Assembly: GCA_016177225.1 (NCBI GenBank) | Contig: JACOVQ010000002.1 | Location: 1-59,652, forward strand | Direction: 5' to 3' | DNA length: 59,652 nucleotides | Origin: Candidatus Zambryskiibacteriota bacterium | Lineage (GTDB): Bacteria > Patescibacteriota > Minisyncoccia > Phycocordibacterales > Zambryskibacteraceae | Shown here: piece after piece, positions 25,567 through 34,772 of the stretch | Layout of the letters: every line of letters starts with the position of its first letter | How positions within the stretch are numbered: the stretch's first letter is position 1 | Made by a program: the position numbers and the translations under genes | Notes under the pieces: generated by a model | Database searches by the model: none | What the model was told of the DNA's origin: nothing | The model's input: only the letters and a program-made list of their open reading frames with translations

Positions 25567-26526
25567 CTAAGAACTCGTCATCCATTTTTTCAAATTTTTA
25601 AGAGATTCATCGTCAATTATAGAAACCGGTAAAACCGCTTTCTTAAGCAAGGACAGTCCTTGCTGTTTGGTCTTGAGTTCCTTCTCGGAAATTAGGTCTG
25701 TCTTTGTAAGTACTACCAGCTCAGGTTTATTCATTAGTTCTTTATTATAAAGCTCAAGCTCCCGCCTTACCACTTTATACGCTTCCGGAGGATTCTCAAG
25801 CTCGGCTGAAACACAATGCAAGAGTGTTTTAGTGCGTTCAATATGCTTCAGAAATTTATGACCAAGGCCTTTGCCCCGGCTTGCCCCTTCAATAAGTCCG
25901 GGAATATCCGCCAAAATCAATCCGTACAATTCTCCCAAAGCGGGCTCAAGAGTCGTGAATGGGAAATCCCCCACCTTAGAACGCGCGCTAGTCAGAACAT
26001 TTAAGAGGTTGGACTTGCCGGCGTTCGGCAAACCAATTATTCCCACGTCGGCAACCAAGAGAAGTTCAATGTGAAAGTCTGCTTCTTCTCCTTCTTCTCC
26101 TTTAGTAGATTTTTTCGGCCTGATATTGGTAGACGATTTGAAATACTCGTTGCCCAAGCCGCCTCTGCCGCCGGAAAGCAATTGCACTCTTTCTCCATCT
26201 TTGAGAAGCTCAATCACATGTCCGGTAGTTAAATTAGTTAGGCGTGAGCCGACAGGCAGTCTAACTTCCACATATGCTCCAGTGCCGCCCTGCTTCAAAT
26301 CTTTCGCACCATTTTTGCCATCTTGAGCAGCAAAGACTTTTTCATTCCTATAAGCCGCGAGGATGCCAATGTCGCGTACGGCAACAGCATAGACATCTCC
26401 GCCTTTGCCGCCGTTGCCTCCGGACGGACCGCCAAATTCCTTGCCTTTCTCGTGACGCCATCGCACTACGCCGTCGCCGCCGCGCCCGGCTTTAAAATGA
26501 AGCTTGATTTCGTCTATAAACGCCAT
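25567..26526 (-). CDS. obg: GTPase Obg (short, no C-terminal domain)
   Basis: FIDEIKLHFKAGRGGDGVV, GGNGGKGGDVY, ADVGIIGLPNAGKSNLL and DIPGLIEGA. Confidence 0.92.
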   Translation of the reverse strand: MAFIDEIKLHFKAGRGGDGVVRWRHEKGKEFGGPSGGNGGKGGDVYAVAVRDIGILAAYRNEKVFAAQDGKNGAKDLKQGGTGAYVEVRLPVGSRLTNLTTGHVIELLKDGERVQLLSGGRGGLGNEYFKSSTNIRPKKSTKGEEGEEADFHIELLLVADVGIIGLPNAGKSNLLNVLTSARSKVGDFPFTTLEPALGELYGLILADIPGLIEGASRGKGLGHKFLKHIERTKTLLHCVSAELENPPEAYKVVRRELELYNKELMNKPELVVLTKTDLISEKELKTKQQGLSLLKKAVLPVSIIDDESLKNLKKWMTSS

Positions 26527-26528
26527 AG

Positions 26529-27080
26529 TTAAAGATACGACAGTCCGTGAACGCTCATGCCGACAAGGACGAGCGTCAGCATCATTCTGACAATAGAGCC
26601 CGTTACCGTTAAGACGAAGAACGGCAAGAATCTCATGCGAAGAATGCCGGCGCCGATATCCATGGGAATAGACGGCAGGATGGGAGCCGAGCGGAGGATA
26701 AAGAAAATTATTTCGTCATACCATGTCCCGTGGAAATAGCGGTTAACCTTCTCGACATCCTGCCAAGAGAAGTGAAGGAAACGATGATACTTATTGATTA
26801 CCGGCTTGCCGCCAAAATAAGCCAAAGCGTATAAAGGTACCGACCCTAAGGCGCTCCCCACCCCCACTGGCACAGCTACAAAAACCAGGAGTTTAGCCGA
26901 CAGAGCAAGCGTAAATTGAGAATCCAGAAATAAAAGCTGTCCCGCGATAACGAGTGAGAATGGAAAGATGCCGACAAGGTCATTTAAAAATGAGGCTACA
27001 AAAAGCGGCAGCATATGCGCGGCGCTCGGGTCGGTAACAACAGTTTTTATCGCCTCGACAATTTGGCTCGCCTCTTGCAT
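26529..27080 (-). CDS. DedA/VTT-domain membrane protein
   Basis: Multi-TM protein with YFGGKPVINKYHRFLHFSWQDVEKVNRYFHGTWYDEIIFFILRSAPILP, typical of the SNARE-associated/DedA family. Confidence 0.55.
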   Translation of the reverse strand: MQEASQIVEAIKTVVTDPSAAHMLPLFVASFLNDLVGIFPFSLVIAGQLLFLDSQFTLALSAKLLVFVAVPVGVGSALGSVPLYALAYFGGKPVINKYHRFLHFSWQDVEKVNRYFHGTWYDEIIFFILRSAPILPSIPMDIGAGILRMRFLPFFVLTVTGSIVRMMLTLVLVGMSVHGLSYL

Positions 27081-29512
27081 TACTTTTTCTCCGCCGCGAG
27101 CTTCTGATGCTCCGGCGTATTAAGCATACCGCACTTCTTGTACTTCTTGCCCGACCCGCAGAAACACGGGTCATTGCGACCAAGATTCACCTCATCCGGA
27201 CTGCGTCCACCCTCTCCTTGAGCAAGGAGAGGGTTGGGTGAGGTCGAGGAATTTGCGAGAGGAAGTTCCGCCGGAAGCGCTGTTATTAACTCATTAACTT
27301 GTTTTGCAATCGACTCTTCCATGTTTCGGAAAAATCTTAATCCTTCCTTTTTGTATTCGACAAGAGGCTCGCGCTGTCCGTAAGCGCGCAGATTTACCGA
27401 TGAGCGCAAATAATCCATCATTTCCAGATGGTCCACCCAGAACAGGTCTATGGTTTGTAAATTTATCCGGCGAATTATTTCATTCTCTTCTTCCATAAGA
27501 ATCTTGCGGCGCCTTTCGTAAATAATCTTTCTCTGAAAGTTTAATACGTCATCAAATTCCAAAACATGTTTGCGGGCGTCGAAATTGAACCCTTCTATTT
27601 TCTCCTGCGCTTTCTCCAGGGCATTGGTGATGAGTTTGTTTTCGATGGGCTCATCTTCCGGAATGTTGAAGCGGCCCATCATGTTTTTAATGGCATCGAC
27701 CGCAAAAATTCTCATAAGCGAATCTTCAAGAGATACAAAAAATTGCGTCTCTCCCGGGTCGCCCTGTCTGCCGGAGCGACCGCGCAACTGATTATCAATG
27801 CGCCGCGCGTCATGCCGTTCCGTACCGAGGACAAAAAGACCGCCGAGAGATTTTACCTCCTCATACTCTTCCGGAACGGCCAGTTTGCCACCGAGTTTAA
27901 TGTCAACGCCACGACCGGCCATGTTGGTGGCAATGGTAACCGCACCCTTCTTGCCCCCGCCCGCGATGATTTCGCCTTCCCTTTCGTGATTTTTGGCATT
28001 TAACACTTCGTGCTTAATGCCTTCGTCTTTCAAATAATCGGAAAGCAGTTCGTTGTGCTCGATGGAAACCGTGCCGATGAGTACAGGCTGGCCTTTTTTG
28101 TTCAATTCTTTGACGCACTTGGCGACCGCCTTCATTTTGCCGGCATGAGTTTGAAAAATTAGGTCCTGGTGGTCTTTGCGGGCGACTGGCTGATGCGTGG
28201 GAATGATAAAAGTTTCTAATCCATAGACTTTATAAAATTCTTCTTTGGAAGTGGCGGCCGTACCGGTCATGCCCGAGAGTTTTTTATACATGCGGAAATA
28301 ATTCTGAAAGGTAATGGAAGCGTAAGTGCGGCTCTCTTCTTTAATCCTGACACCTTCCTTGGCTTCTATAGCTTGATGCAATCCTTCGGACCAGCGTCTG
28401 CCGGGCTGAAGTCTGCCGGTAAAAGCGTCGACAATCACCACTTCATTATCCTTCACTACATATTCTTTATCTTTCTGGTACAAAGCCTTGGCCTTCACGG
28501 CGGTTTCCAGATGATGCACATATTTCACGCCGCCTTCGGTGTAGATGTTTTCGATGTTTAAAAGTTTTTCGGCGTGATTGATGCCCTGGTCAGTCAGAGA
28601 AACGGCACGGAGTTTTTCATCGATGGTGTAATCTGATTCTAGCTTTAAAGCTTCGGCAATTTTAGCGAATTTCTGATACAAGTCGTCCGCGGCTCCAGTA
28701 TTGCCCGATATAATCAAAGGCGTGCGCGCTTCGTCGATCAGAATGGAATCGATTTCGTCAACGACGGCGTAATGATGCTCTCTCTGTGATAAAAGATTTT
28801 TGTCATACAGAAGATTGTCGCGCAGATAATCAAAGCCGAATTCGTTGTTGGTGCCGTAAGTAATATCGGCGCGGTAAGCTTCCTGTTTGGTGGCCGGCCT
28901 TAAAAATTCGTGCACAACGTGAAATGAACCTTTCTCGTCGCGAGTTTTATCCACCTCACCCGGGCTGCGCCCACCCTCTCCTTGAGCAAGGAGAGGGTTG
29001 GGTGAGGTTATATGCTTCTCATCGTATATGAAAGATTCCAAATGAGTCAGAACTCCGACAGACAAACCAAGATAGTCGTAAATTTGACCCATCCACACGG
29101 CGTCGCGGCGAGAGAGATAGTCGTTCACTGTTACAACATGCACTCCTTTGCCTTCGAGCGCGGCAAGATAAGCGGGCATTGTCGCCACCAGAGTTTTGCC
29201 CTCGCCGGTTTTCATCTCGGCGATGCCGCCTTTAAACATGGCAATGCCGCCCAGAAGCTGAACATCAAAGTGCCTTTGGCCCAAAGTGCGCTTAGCCGCT
29301 TCTCTCACGACGGCAAAAGCTTCCGGAAGCATTTCTTCCAATGTTTTGCCTTCCGACAAAAGTTTTTTAAATTGCGAGGTCTTGCCTAACAATTCTTCGG
29401 GCAAAAGTTTTTCAAGCGCCGGTTCATATGCATTAATCTTGTCGACCAGAGGCCGCCATGATTTCAATAACTTTTCTTCCGGAGAACCGAAAAGGGCTTT
29501 AAATATGGCCAT
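27080..29512 (-). CDS. secA: Preprotein translocase ATPase SecA
   Basis: IAEMKTGEGKTLVATMPAYLAAL, DEIDSILIDEARTPLIISG, TNMAGRGVDIKLGG and the C-terminal zinc finger CFCGSGKKYKKCG. Confidence 0.95.
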   Translation of the reverse strand: MAIFKALFGSPEEKLLKSWRPLVDKINAYEPALEKLLPEELLGKTSQFKKLLSEGKTLEEMLPEAFAVVREAAKRTLGQRHFDVQLLGGIAMFKGGIAEMKTGEGKTLVATMPAYLAALEGKGVHVVTVNDYLSRRDAVWMGQIYDYLGLSVGVLTHLESFIYDEKHITSPNPLLAQGEGGRSPGEVDKTRDEKGSFHVVHEFLRPATKQEAYRADITYGTNNEFGFDYLRDNLLYDKNLLSQREHHYAVVDEIDSILIDEARTPLIISGNTGAADDLYQKFAKIAEALKLESDYTIDEKLRAVSLTDQGINHAEKLLNIENIYTEGGVKYVHHLETAVKAKALYQKDKEYVVKDNEVVIVDAFTGRLQPGRRWSEGLHQAIEAKEGVRIKEESRTYASITFQNYFRMYKKLSGMTGTAATSKEEFYKVYGLETFIIPTHQPVARKDHQDLIFQTHAGKMKAVAKCVKELNKKGQPVLIGTVSIEHNELLSDYLKDEGIKHEVLNAKNHEREGEIIAGGGKKGAVTIATNMAGRGVDIKLGGKLAVPEEYEEVKSLGGLFVLGTERHDARRIDNQLRGRSGRQGDPGETQFFVSLEDSLMRIFAVDAIKNMMGRFNIPEDEPIENKLITNALEKAQEKIEGFNFDARKHVLEFDDVLNFQRKIIYERRRKILMEEENEIIRRINLQTIDLFWVDHLEMMDYLRSSVNLRAYGQREPLVEYKKEGLRFFRNMEESIAKQVNELITALPAELPLANSSTSPNPLLAQGEGGRSPDEVNLGRNDPCFCGSGKKYKKCGMLNTPEHQKLAAEKK
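27189..27244 (-). repeat. Family-A imperfect palindrome (~56 nt) in frame in the secA C-terminal linker
   Basis: ACCTCATCC...CCCTCTCCTTGAGCAAGGAGAGGG...GGGTGAGGT. Translated as SPNPLLAQGEGGRSPDEV. Confidence 0.85.
28953..29008 (-). repeat. Family-A imperfect palindrome (~56 nt) in frame in mid secA
   Basis: ACCTCACCC...CCCTCTCCTTGAGCAAGGAGAGGG...GGGTGAGGT. Translated as SPNPLLAQGEGGRSPGEV. About 4 mismatches to 27189..27244. Confidence 0.85.
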
Positions 29513-29531
29513 CAGAACAATATTTTACTAT

Positions 29532-29560
29532 AAAAAAGACGCTCTTGCGAGCGTCTTTTT
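29532..29560 (-). terminator. Bidirectional-looking rho-independent terminator
   Basis: AAAAAAGACGCTC-TTGC-GAGCGTCTTTTT. Confidence 0.6.
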
Positions 29561-29583
29561 CAACAAAAAAACGGAAAACGCGA

Positions 29584-29661
29584 TTAACGTCGTCTCTTGG
29601 AAGACTTTCGTTTCTTTGCAGTCTTTCTTTTTTTTGCTGCCTTTCTTTTCTTCTTTGCCAT
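29584..29661 (-). CDS. Candidate 25-aa hyper-basic peptide MAKKKRKAAKKRKTAKKRKSSKRRR
   Basis: An ATG..TAA ORF below the track threshold. It lies directly upstream of the 29532..29560 terminator. No obvious Shine-Dalgarno sequence. Confidence 0.25.
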   Translation of the reverse strand: MAKKKRKAAKKRKTAKKRKSSKRRR

Positions 29662-29788
29662 TGAATTAGTTTACGATTAAGGTCTGCACAAAAACATATT
29701 TTGAGAAATATTTTTTTGTGCGACTTGATTTAATTATCTTACTTAATGCGCACGCATACAAGCGAAAAAAATAAATAAGTGTGGATAA

Positions 29789-29815
29789 CTGAATTTGTTT
29801 GGGAAACAAATTCAG
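29789..29815 (-). terminator. Hairpin just past the stop of 29820..31778
   Basis: CTGAATTTGTTT-GGG-AAACAAATTCAG. A T-rich stretch follows on the minus strand after about 15 nt. Confidence 0.4.
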
Positions 29816-29819
29816 AAGT

Positions 29820-31778
29820 CTAACGACCAATCGCTTTGTAAGCCGCGGCAACGCGCGGGTCTTTAGAAATTAACTCGCTCGGCAATTCGGAAATTAATTT
29901 ATTTTCCAAATTTCTGTCGCGAGCGTAAATAGCGCCGATAAGATAAATAATTTTCGCTTCCGTATAATCCGGCGCCAGTTCGTACGCATGTTTAAAAGCT
30001 TCCAGCGCTTTTTTTGCGTCCTCCTTGCCGATGTAGGCCGCTCCTATTTCAAAATAGACGCTTGGCTTGTTTGGCATCAGTTGGCGCGCGCGCTCCAGAT
30101 GCGCCAAAGCCTCGTCAAAAAAACCGAAATTTGTGATAAATCCTCCCACCGCCAACTGATACCTGGCCTCTTTTTCAAATTCTTTATTCTCCACAAGCTT
30201 AATAACCGCGCTTTTCGCAAACACAAAATACTGATTCTTTTCCGCTGTCGGCATATTGCTTGAAAGTATCCGGACGGAGTTTGAGATAATGCGCTCAACC
30301 ACTTCCGGCCGGCCGAGCCTTGAGACGCCGTAAGCCTTTTGCAAAGATTTTGCCGAGTTGGATTCGCCGCTCGGAGTTTGTAAAGCTTTCAACGACTCAA
30401 TGAGAAAGAGGTTGGACATCATCGGCTTGATATTGACAAAATAGAGCGGGATGAGCGCCAAAATGGAGACGGCCGGAAATAAAATTTTCTTAACCTGATT
30501 GTCATTAAAATTCTTTTGCCAAAGTGGCTCGCCGATATTTTTTACGTGGACATAAGCAAGAACGGAAAAGAAGAGGATATAACTGATAAGATTATCAAAG
30601 ACAAAAAAGTTGTGGAAGGCGTAGGCGGCCACCAGACCGACAAGGATGGATTTCTCAATATTTGGCAGGGAGCTTTTCCACAAGAGATATAGAAGAGCGC
30701 CATAGAGAGAAAGATAGCTTAAGAGTCCTAGAATGCCGCCGGCGATGCCCCAGTCCAGAAAGACATTGTGAGCGCGGTCGAACCACGGCTCAAGACTAAA
30801 CATCTCCGGACGATAATGTTCCTGGAAAACGTAAGGAAAGTTTTCCTGCCCCCAGCCGAGAATCGGCCTTTCTTTAATTCCCTTCAAAGCCATCGGCCAG
30901 ACAAAATATCGCCCTTGAGTCTTAACACTTTCTGATGTCAGCGATGTAAAGCGCGAAAGAGTCGGGCTTTCACGCACCATAGCAGTGTTCCTTACCAGGG
31001 AAAAGCCTCCCACCAGTAAGACCAGCGTCGAAAGAATAATGATGCTTGCTTTTCTGGCGAAGACAGATTCGCGATTTCTAATGTTGAGAACGGCTATTAT
31101 CAGTAAGCCCCCTAAAAGCCCGAGAATGGTACCCCGAGTGGCGGTATAATAGAGCACTAATGCATTCGACAAAATAAGAACGCCGTAAATCCATCGTGAA
31201 GCGGTATTTTTCCACTCGCGAACCATAAACAGAAGCGCGACAAAAATATGGAAGAGTGCGTAAACCGCCAAGTAGATGGCATTGCCGAGAGTGCCGTCAA
31301 TTCTGACCCCTCCTTGATTGATGGCTTTCAGGCCGGCAAGTTGCATCAGACTATACAAAAACATCAGAAACGACGCGGTAAGCGAAGCATTCCACCATTT
31401 CTTCCAGAGAGATTCGTTGAAAACCGACGAGATAACGGCAAAAAACATTCCCAAGTGAAGAATAGCCAGAAAGCCTTCCATGCGTTCAAAGTTTGACCAG
31501 AAGCTTTTAACCGGAGCAATGCCCAAAAGGTCAGCAACACCGACAATTAAAATGAAGATGCCGATTGCATACAATATTAAAGACTTTTTGGGACGGTATG
31601 AGCTGTCTAGAAGAGCAAGAACAAGCCACGCGGCGAAAATTACTTCGACAATAATTCTAAAGGCAAAAGCTTTGGTTGTAATAAAAGGAAAGAAAAAATA
31701 ACTTGAAACAAGAAACGGTATGAAAGGAATGGCAAAAAGGCCGGTAAAGATTATTGGCCTAAGGTATCGAGCTGACAT
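29820..31778 (-). CDS. O-antigen-ligase-like (Wzy_C) membrane protein with C-terminal TPR repeats
   Basis: YYTATRGTILGLLGGLL, WGQENFPYVF and multiple TM helices. C-terminal TPR (ALAHLERARQLMPNKPSVYFEIGAAY, ALEAFKHAYELAPDYTEA). Confidence 0.6.
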   Translation of the reverse strand: MSARYLRPIIFTGLFAIPFIPFLVSSYFFFPFITTKAFAFRIIVEVIFAAWLVLALLDSSYRPKKSLILYAIGIFILIVGVADLLGIAPVKSFWSNFERMEGFLAILHLGMFFAVISSVFNESLWKKWWNASLTASFLMFLYSLMQLAGLKAINQGGVRIDGTLGNAIYLAVYALFHIFVALLFMVREWKNTASRWIYGVLILSNALVLYYTATRGTILGLLGGLLIIAVLNIRNRESVFARKASIIILSTLVLLVGGFSLVRNTAMVRESPTLSRFTSLTSESVKTQGRYFVWPMALKGIKERPILGWGQENFPYVFQEHYRPEMFSLEPWFDRAHNVFLDWGIAGGILGLLSYLSLYGALLYLLWKSSLPNIEKSILVGLVAAYAFHNFFVFDNLISYILFFSVLAYVHVKNIGEPLWQKNFNDNQVKKILFPAVSILALIPLYFVNIKPMMSNLFLIESLKALQTPSGESNSAKSLQKAYGVSRLGRPEVVERIISNSVRILSSNMPTAEKNQYFVFAKSAVIKLVENKEFEKEARYQLAVGGFITNFGFFDEALAHLERARQLMPNKPSVYFEIGAAYIGKEDAKKALEAFKHAYELAPDYTEAKIIYLIGAIYARDRNLENKLISELPSELISKDPRVAAAYKAIGR

Positions 31779-31786
31779 TAGAGCTA

Positions 31787-32518
31787 TTATAGAGGAAATC
31801 CTTTTGTTTTCAAATCTGCCAGCATATATTCTGCCTTAATCCAGTCAAGAGGAGTGTCAATATCAATAGAGCGTTCTGTAGGAACGATATGGCCAGTTAT
31901 TCTGTCTCCATAGAGCCGACCATCTTTCATAATTAAATCTCTTCTCATCGCGTAAGCCGCACCGCTCCTTTTATACGCGATGGGAAAATCTTGGCGACGT
32001 AATCCTTCCGGCTCTTTCATACAGTATGGGACAACCAGCCCATTCTCCAGTTTTTTGGCTTTTATAGGATGCTCGCCACTATCTATTTGGACTAGACTAA
32101 CTGAACTATCTGTTTTTTCGTTAATTAATTTATCTATCGTCTTATCTATATCTTCTGGCAAGCGAAACGGCGAGGTTGGCTGAAGAATAACCACATAGTC
32201 AAAAACTACGCCATCTTTTTCCTCCATGAATTCGATCGCATGCTTCATGACTTCTAGGTGCCCTGACTTATCAGTAGCAAGATGCGAAGGCTGGATAAAA
32301 GGCACATCTGCCCCGCACCGCTCGCACACGGAAGCAATTTCCCGGTCATCCGTTGATATTATGAGGCGGGTTATTCGTTCGCTCTTTTTTGCCGCTTCAA
32401 TTGTATACGCTATTAGAGGCTTGCCTCCTAAAATTTTTATGTTCTTTCCAGGAATGCTTTTAGATCCGCCGCGAGCGGTTATCACGCCAAGAATAAGAGG
32501 TTTCCCTTTTTTAATCAT
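31787..32518 (-). CDS. neuA: CMP-nonulosonic acid synthetase (acylneuraminate cytidylyltransferase family)
   Basis: LGVITARGGSKSIPGKNIKILGGKPLIAYTIEAA, LQPTSPFR. Start taken at MIKKGKPL, overlapping the neuC stop. Confidence 0.8.
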   Translation of the reverse strand: MIKKGKPLILGVITARGGSKSIPGKNIKILGGKPLIAYTIEAAKKSERITRLIISTDDREIASVCERCGADVPFIQPSHLATDKSGHLEVMKHAIEFMEEKDGVVFDYVVILQPTSPFRLPEDIDKTIDKLINEKTDSSVSLVQIDSGEHPIKAKKLENGLVVPYCMKEPEGLRRQDFPIAYKRSGAAYAMRRDLIMKDGRLYGDRITGHIVPTERSIDIDTPLDWIKAEYMLADLKTKGFPL

Positions 32519-33677
32519 AGAATTTCTTTTGGACATAGAGAGGAATCTTGGCCAGAGTGGAAGCGATGTTCTGGCCAGTGTTCTTTTTAAAGTAAAGCTG
32601 TGATGGTTCATATCTTCCTTTTTTTAATTGGAGTGCCACTGCTTTCTTGATTCTATCTGAGTCGTGGCCGACATCGATAATATTTTTGGCTCTGAGCCTA
32701 TGATTCTGCCTTGACCCAATATTAACTACGGGAACGCCGAGGTACGAACATTCTTTCACTCCGGCAGACGAATTACCGATAAAGCATCGGGCTTGATGAA
32801 GAAGCGAAATAAATTTTTTCGGAGGCAGATACCTCATAAAGCGAATCTTATGGTCACCAACTTCGTTATTGAATACACGCAGCTTATGGGAAATCTCTTC
32901 AGACCCTGTATCTACATTCGGCCAGAACCAAATTGTCGGAATATCGAGCTCGTAAATGGCTCTTAAAAGCTCGCGAGTATTTTTAGCCATTTTACCAATT
33001 TCTGTATTAACTGGATGATACATAACCATGATGTAGTCCTTATGGGGATCCAAAAAAGCGCCTATGCCGGTCTTCTGCAGGTTAACGCCATTAGCCATTT
33101 TTTTTCTAGAAACTTTTTGAACTACCTCAACATCAGGACTGCCAAAATTAAAAACATACTTATTATTTTCTCCCATAGATAAAATCCTCTTCTTTGCCGG
33201 CTCGTTAGTAGAGAAATGAATATGGGAAAGTTTGGTAATAGCGTGCCTGACGCTCTCATCGAGACCGCCGGAAATGTCCCCCCCTTCTATATGTGCTACC
33301 GTAATATTCATGTAAGAAGCGGCTATGGCAACGGACAGAACTTCAAATCTGTCACCCCGAACCACGACTAAATCCGGTTTTATGTCATTAAAGAAATTTG
33401 AAAATTCAACGACCCCCAAACCGGCAGTCTTGGCTTTGACAACCGCAGTGTCCCCTTCCAGATTAAAAAACACTTCATGAATATCTTTTATACCGTCTGC
33501 TTTTAAAAGTTTTTTGATATCGGCATACTTTGATACATACTTGGACAATAAGGCGCTGCCGCCGAGAGCGATGGATAATTCCACATCCTTGCGTTTATTG
33601 AGTTCCTTCAAAACAAGCATATTTCTGCTGTAATGGATGAAGGAGGTTATAACAAAACAGATTTTCCGCTTTTTCAT
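32511..33677 (-). CDS. neuC: UDP-N-acetylglucosamine 2-epimerase (hydrolysing), NeuC-like
   Basis: VVRGDRFEVLSVAIAASYMNITVAHIEGGDISGGLDESVRHAITKLSHIHF. Confidence 0.8.
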   Translation of the reverse strand: MKKRKICFVITSFIHYSRNMLVLKELNKRKDVELSIALGGSALLSKYVSKYADIKKLLKADGIKDIHEVFFNLEGDTAVVKAKTAGLGVVEFSNFFNDIKPDLVVVRGDRFEVLSVAIAASYMNITVAHIEGGDISGGLDESVRHAITKLSHIHFSTNEPAKKRILSMGENNKYVFNFGSPDVEVVQKVSRKKMANGVNLQKTGIGAFLDPHKDYIMVMYHPVNTEIGKMAKNTRELLRAIYELDIPTIWFWPNVDTGSEEISHKLRVFNNEVGDHKIRFMRYLPPKKFISLLHQARCFIGNSSAGVKECSYLGVPVVNIGSRQNHRLRAKNIIDVGHDSDRIKKAVALQLKKGRYEPSQLYFKKNTGQNIASTLAKIPLYVQKKFYD

Positions 33678-33689
33678 TTAAATATTATA

Positions 33690-34772
33690 CTATGATTTAC
33701 GTTCAATCGCAAGAGGCGTGATGGGTTCGTATTTTGTTAGACTTTTTGCAACCTTTTGACCGACTATGTCTGGTAGTTTCGATGAAGACAAGCCGCCTAG
33801 TTGTTCAATATGAAAGAGCGGCCTCATGGCATATATCATTTCTTTTTTTACAATAGATCCTTTTTTAATATCTTCTCCTGCTACCAAACCTTTTTTAAAA
33901 TAATTCCTAAATATATTATTAGCCCCCTCTAATTCTTTTTCTTTTTTCCCGTAAAATAAAGCGGGATTAATATTCTCATAATTTTTATTTCTTATTGCTT
34001 CCACCATATTTTTCATTTCTTCCGGCTCCATGGAAACCTTGTGATCGGGACCCCAAAGATTCCTGGACAAAGAGAGATGCTTTTCGATAACTCTGGCTCC
34101 GAGTTTGATGGCGGCAAGCGCCGCTTCAAAGCCGCGAGAGTGGTCAGAGAAACCTATTTTTGCCCAGGGATATTGTTCTTTAAAATATTCTAGAGTTCCG
34201 AGATTGAATCTTTCAGAGGGACAAGGATAGAGACTGACGCAATAGAGAAGAGTCGTTTCGACTTGATTTTTTTTAAGATAATTCATTACCGCTTCCAACT
34301 CAAGATGACTTACCATACCGCTCGATATGGTTATAGGCTTGTTTGTACGGACAAGATATTCGAGCATAACAAAATCATCCACATCCCCAGAACCAACCTT
34401 CCAGAAGGGTACGCCAACTTTTTCTAGCTTAATAGCAGCCTTTCTGCTCATGGGGGTGGAGAAGAAAATGATATTTCTATCCCGGCAATAATCTCTTAAC
34501 TCCAGCCAGAACCCAAGCGGCGTAGCTTCCGTATTTCTCTTAACCCAGCTATATCTATCGCTCCCACTAAAGTGGGGCGAGACTACATTTATATCAAGCT
34601 GTTCGTCTTCCACCTCGTGGGTCTGGAACTTTATAGCGTCAACACCGGCGTATACAGCCGCATCAACAAGCTTCTTGGCGTTATCCAAATATTCTGCCAC
34701 CGCCCTATCTTTTTTAGACTGGATAAAGTTTTTACCCGCCTCCGCGATTATAAATACCTCATTTTCTTTCAT
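33690..34772 (-). CDS. neuB: Nonulosonic (sialic/legionaminic-type) acid synthase, NeuB-like
   Basis: IIAEAGKNF, DAIKFQTH, IGFSDHS and a C-terminal SAF-like segment (GEDIKKGSIVKKEMIYAMRP). Confidence 0.8.
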   Translation of the reverse strand: MKENEVFIIAEAGKNFIQSKKDRAVAEYLDNAKKLVDAAVYAGVDAIKFQTHEVEDEQLDINVVSPHFSGSDRYSWVKRNTEATPLGFWLELRDYCRDRNIIFFSTPMSRKAAIKLEKVGVPFWKVGSGDVDDFVMLEYLVRTNKPITISSGMVSHLELEAVMNYLKKNQVETTLLYCVSLYPCPSERFNLGTLEYFKEQYPWAKIGFSDHSRGFEAALAAIKLGARVIEKHLSLSRNLWGPDHKVSMEPEEMKNMVEAIRNKNYENINPALFYGKKEKELEGANNIFRNYFKKGLVAGEDIKKGSIVKKEMIYAMRPLFHIEQLGGLSSSKLPDIVGQKVAKSLTKYEPITPLAIERKS

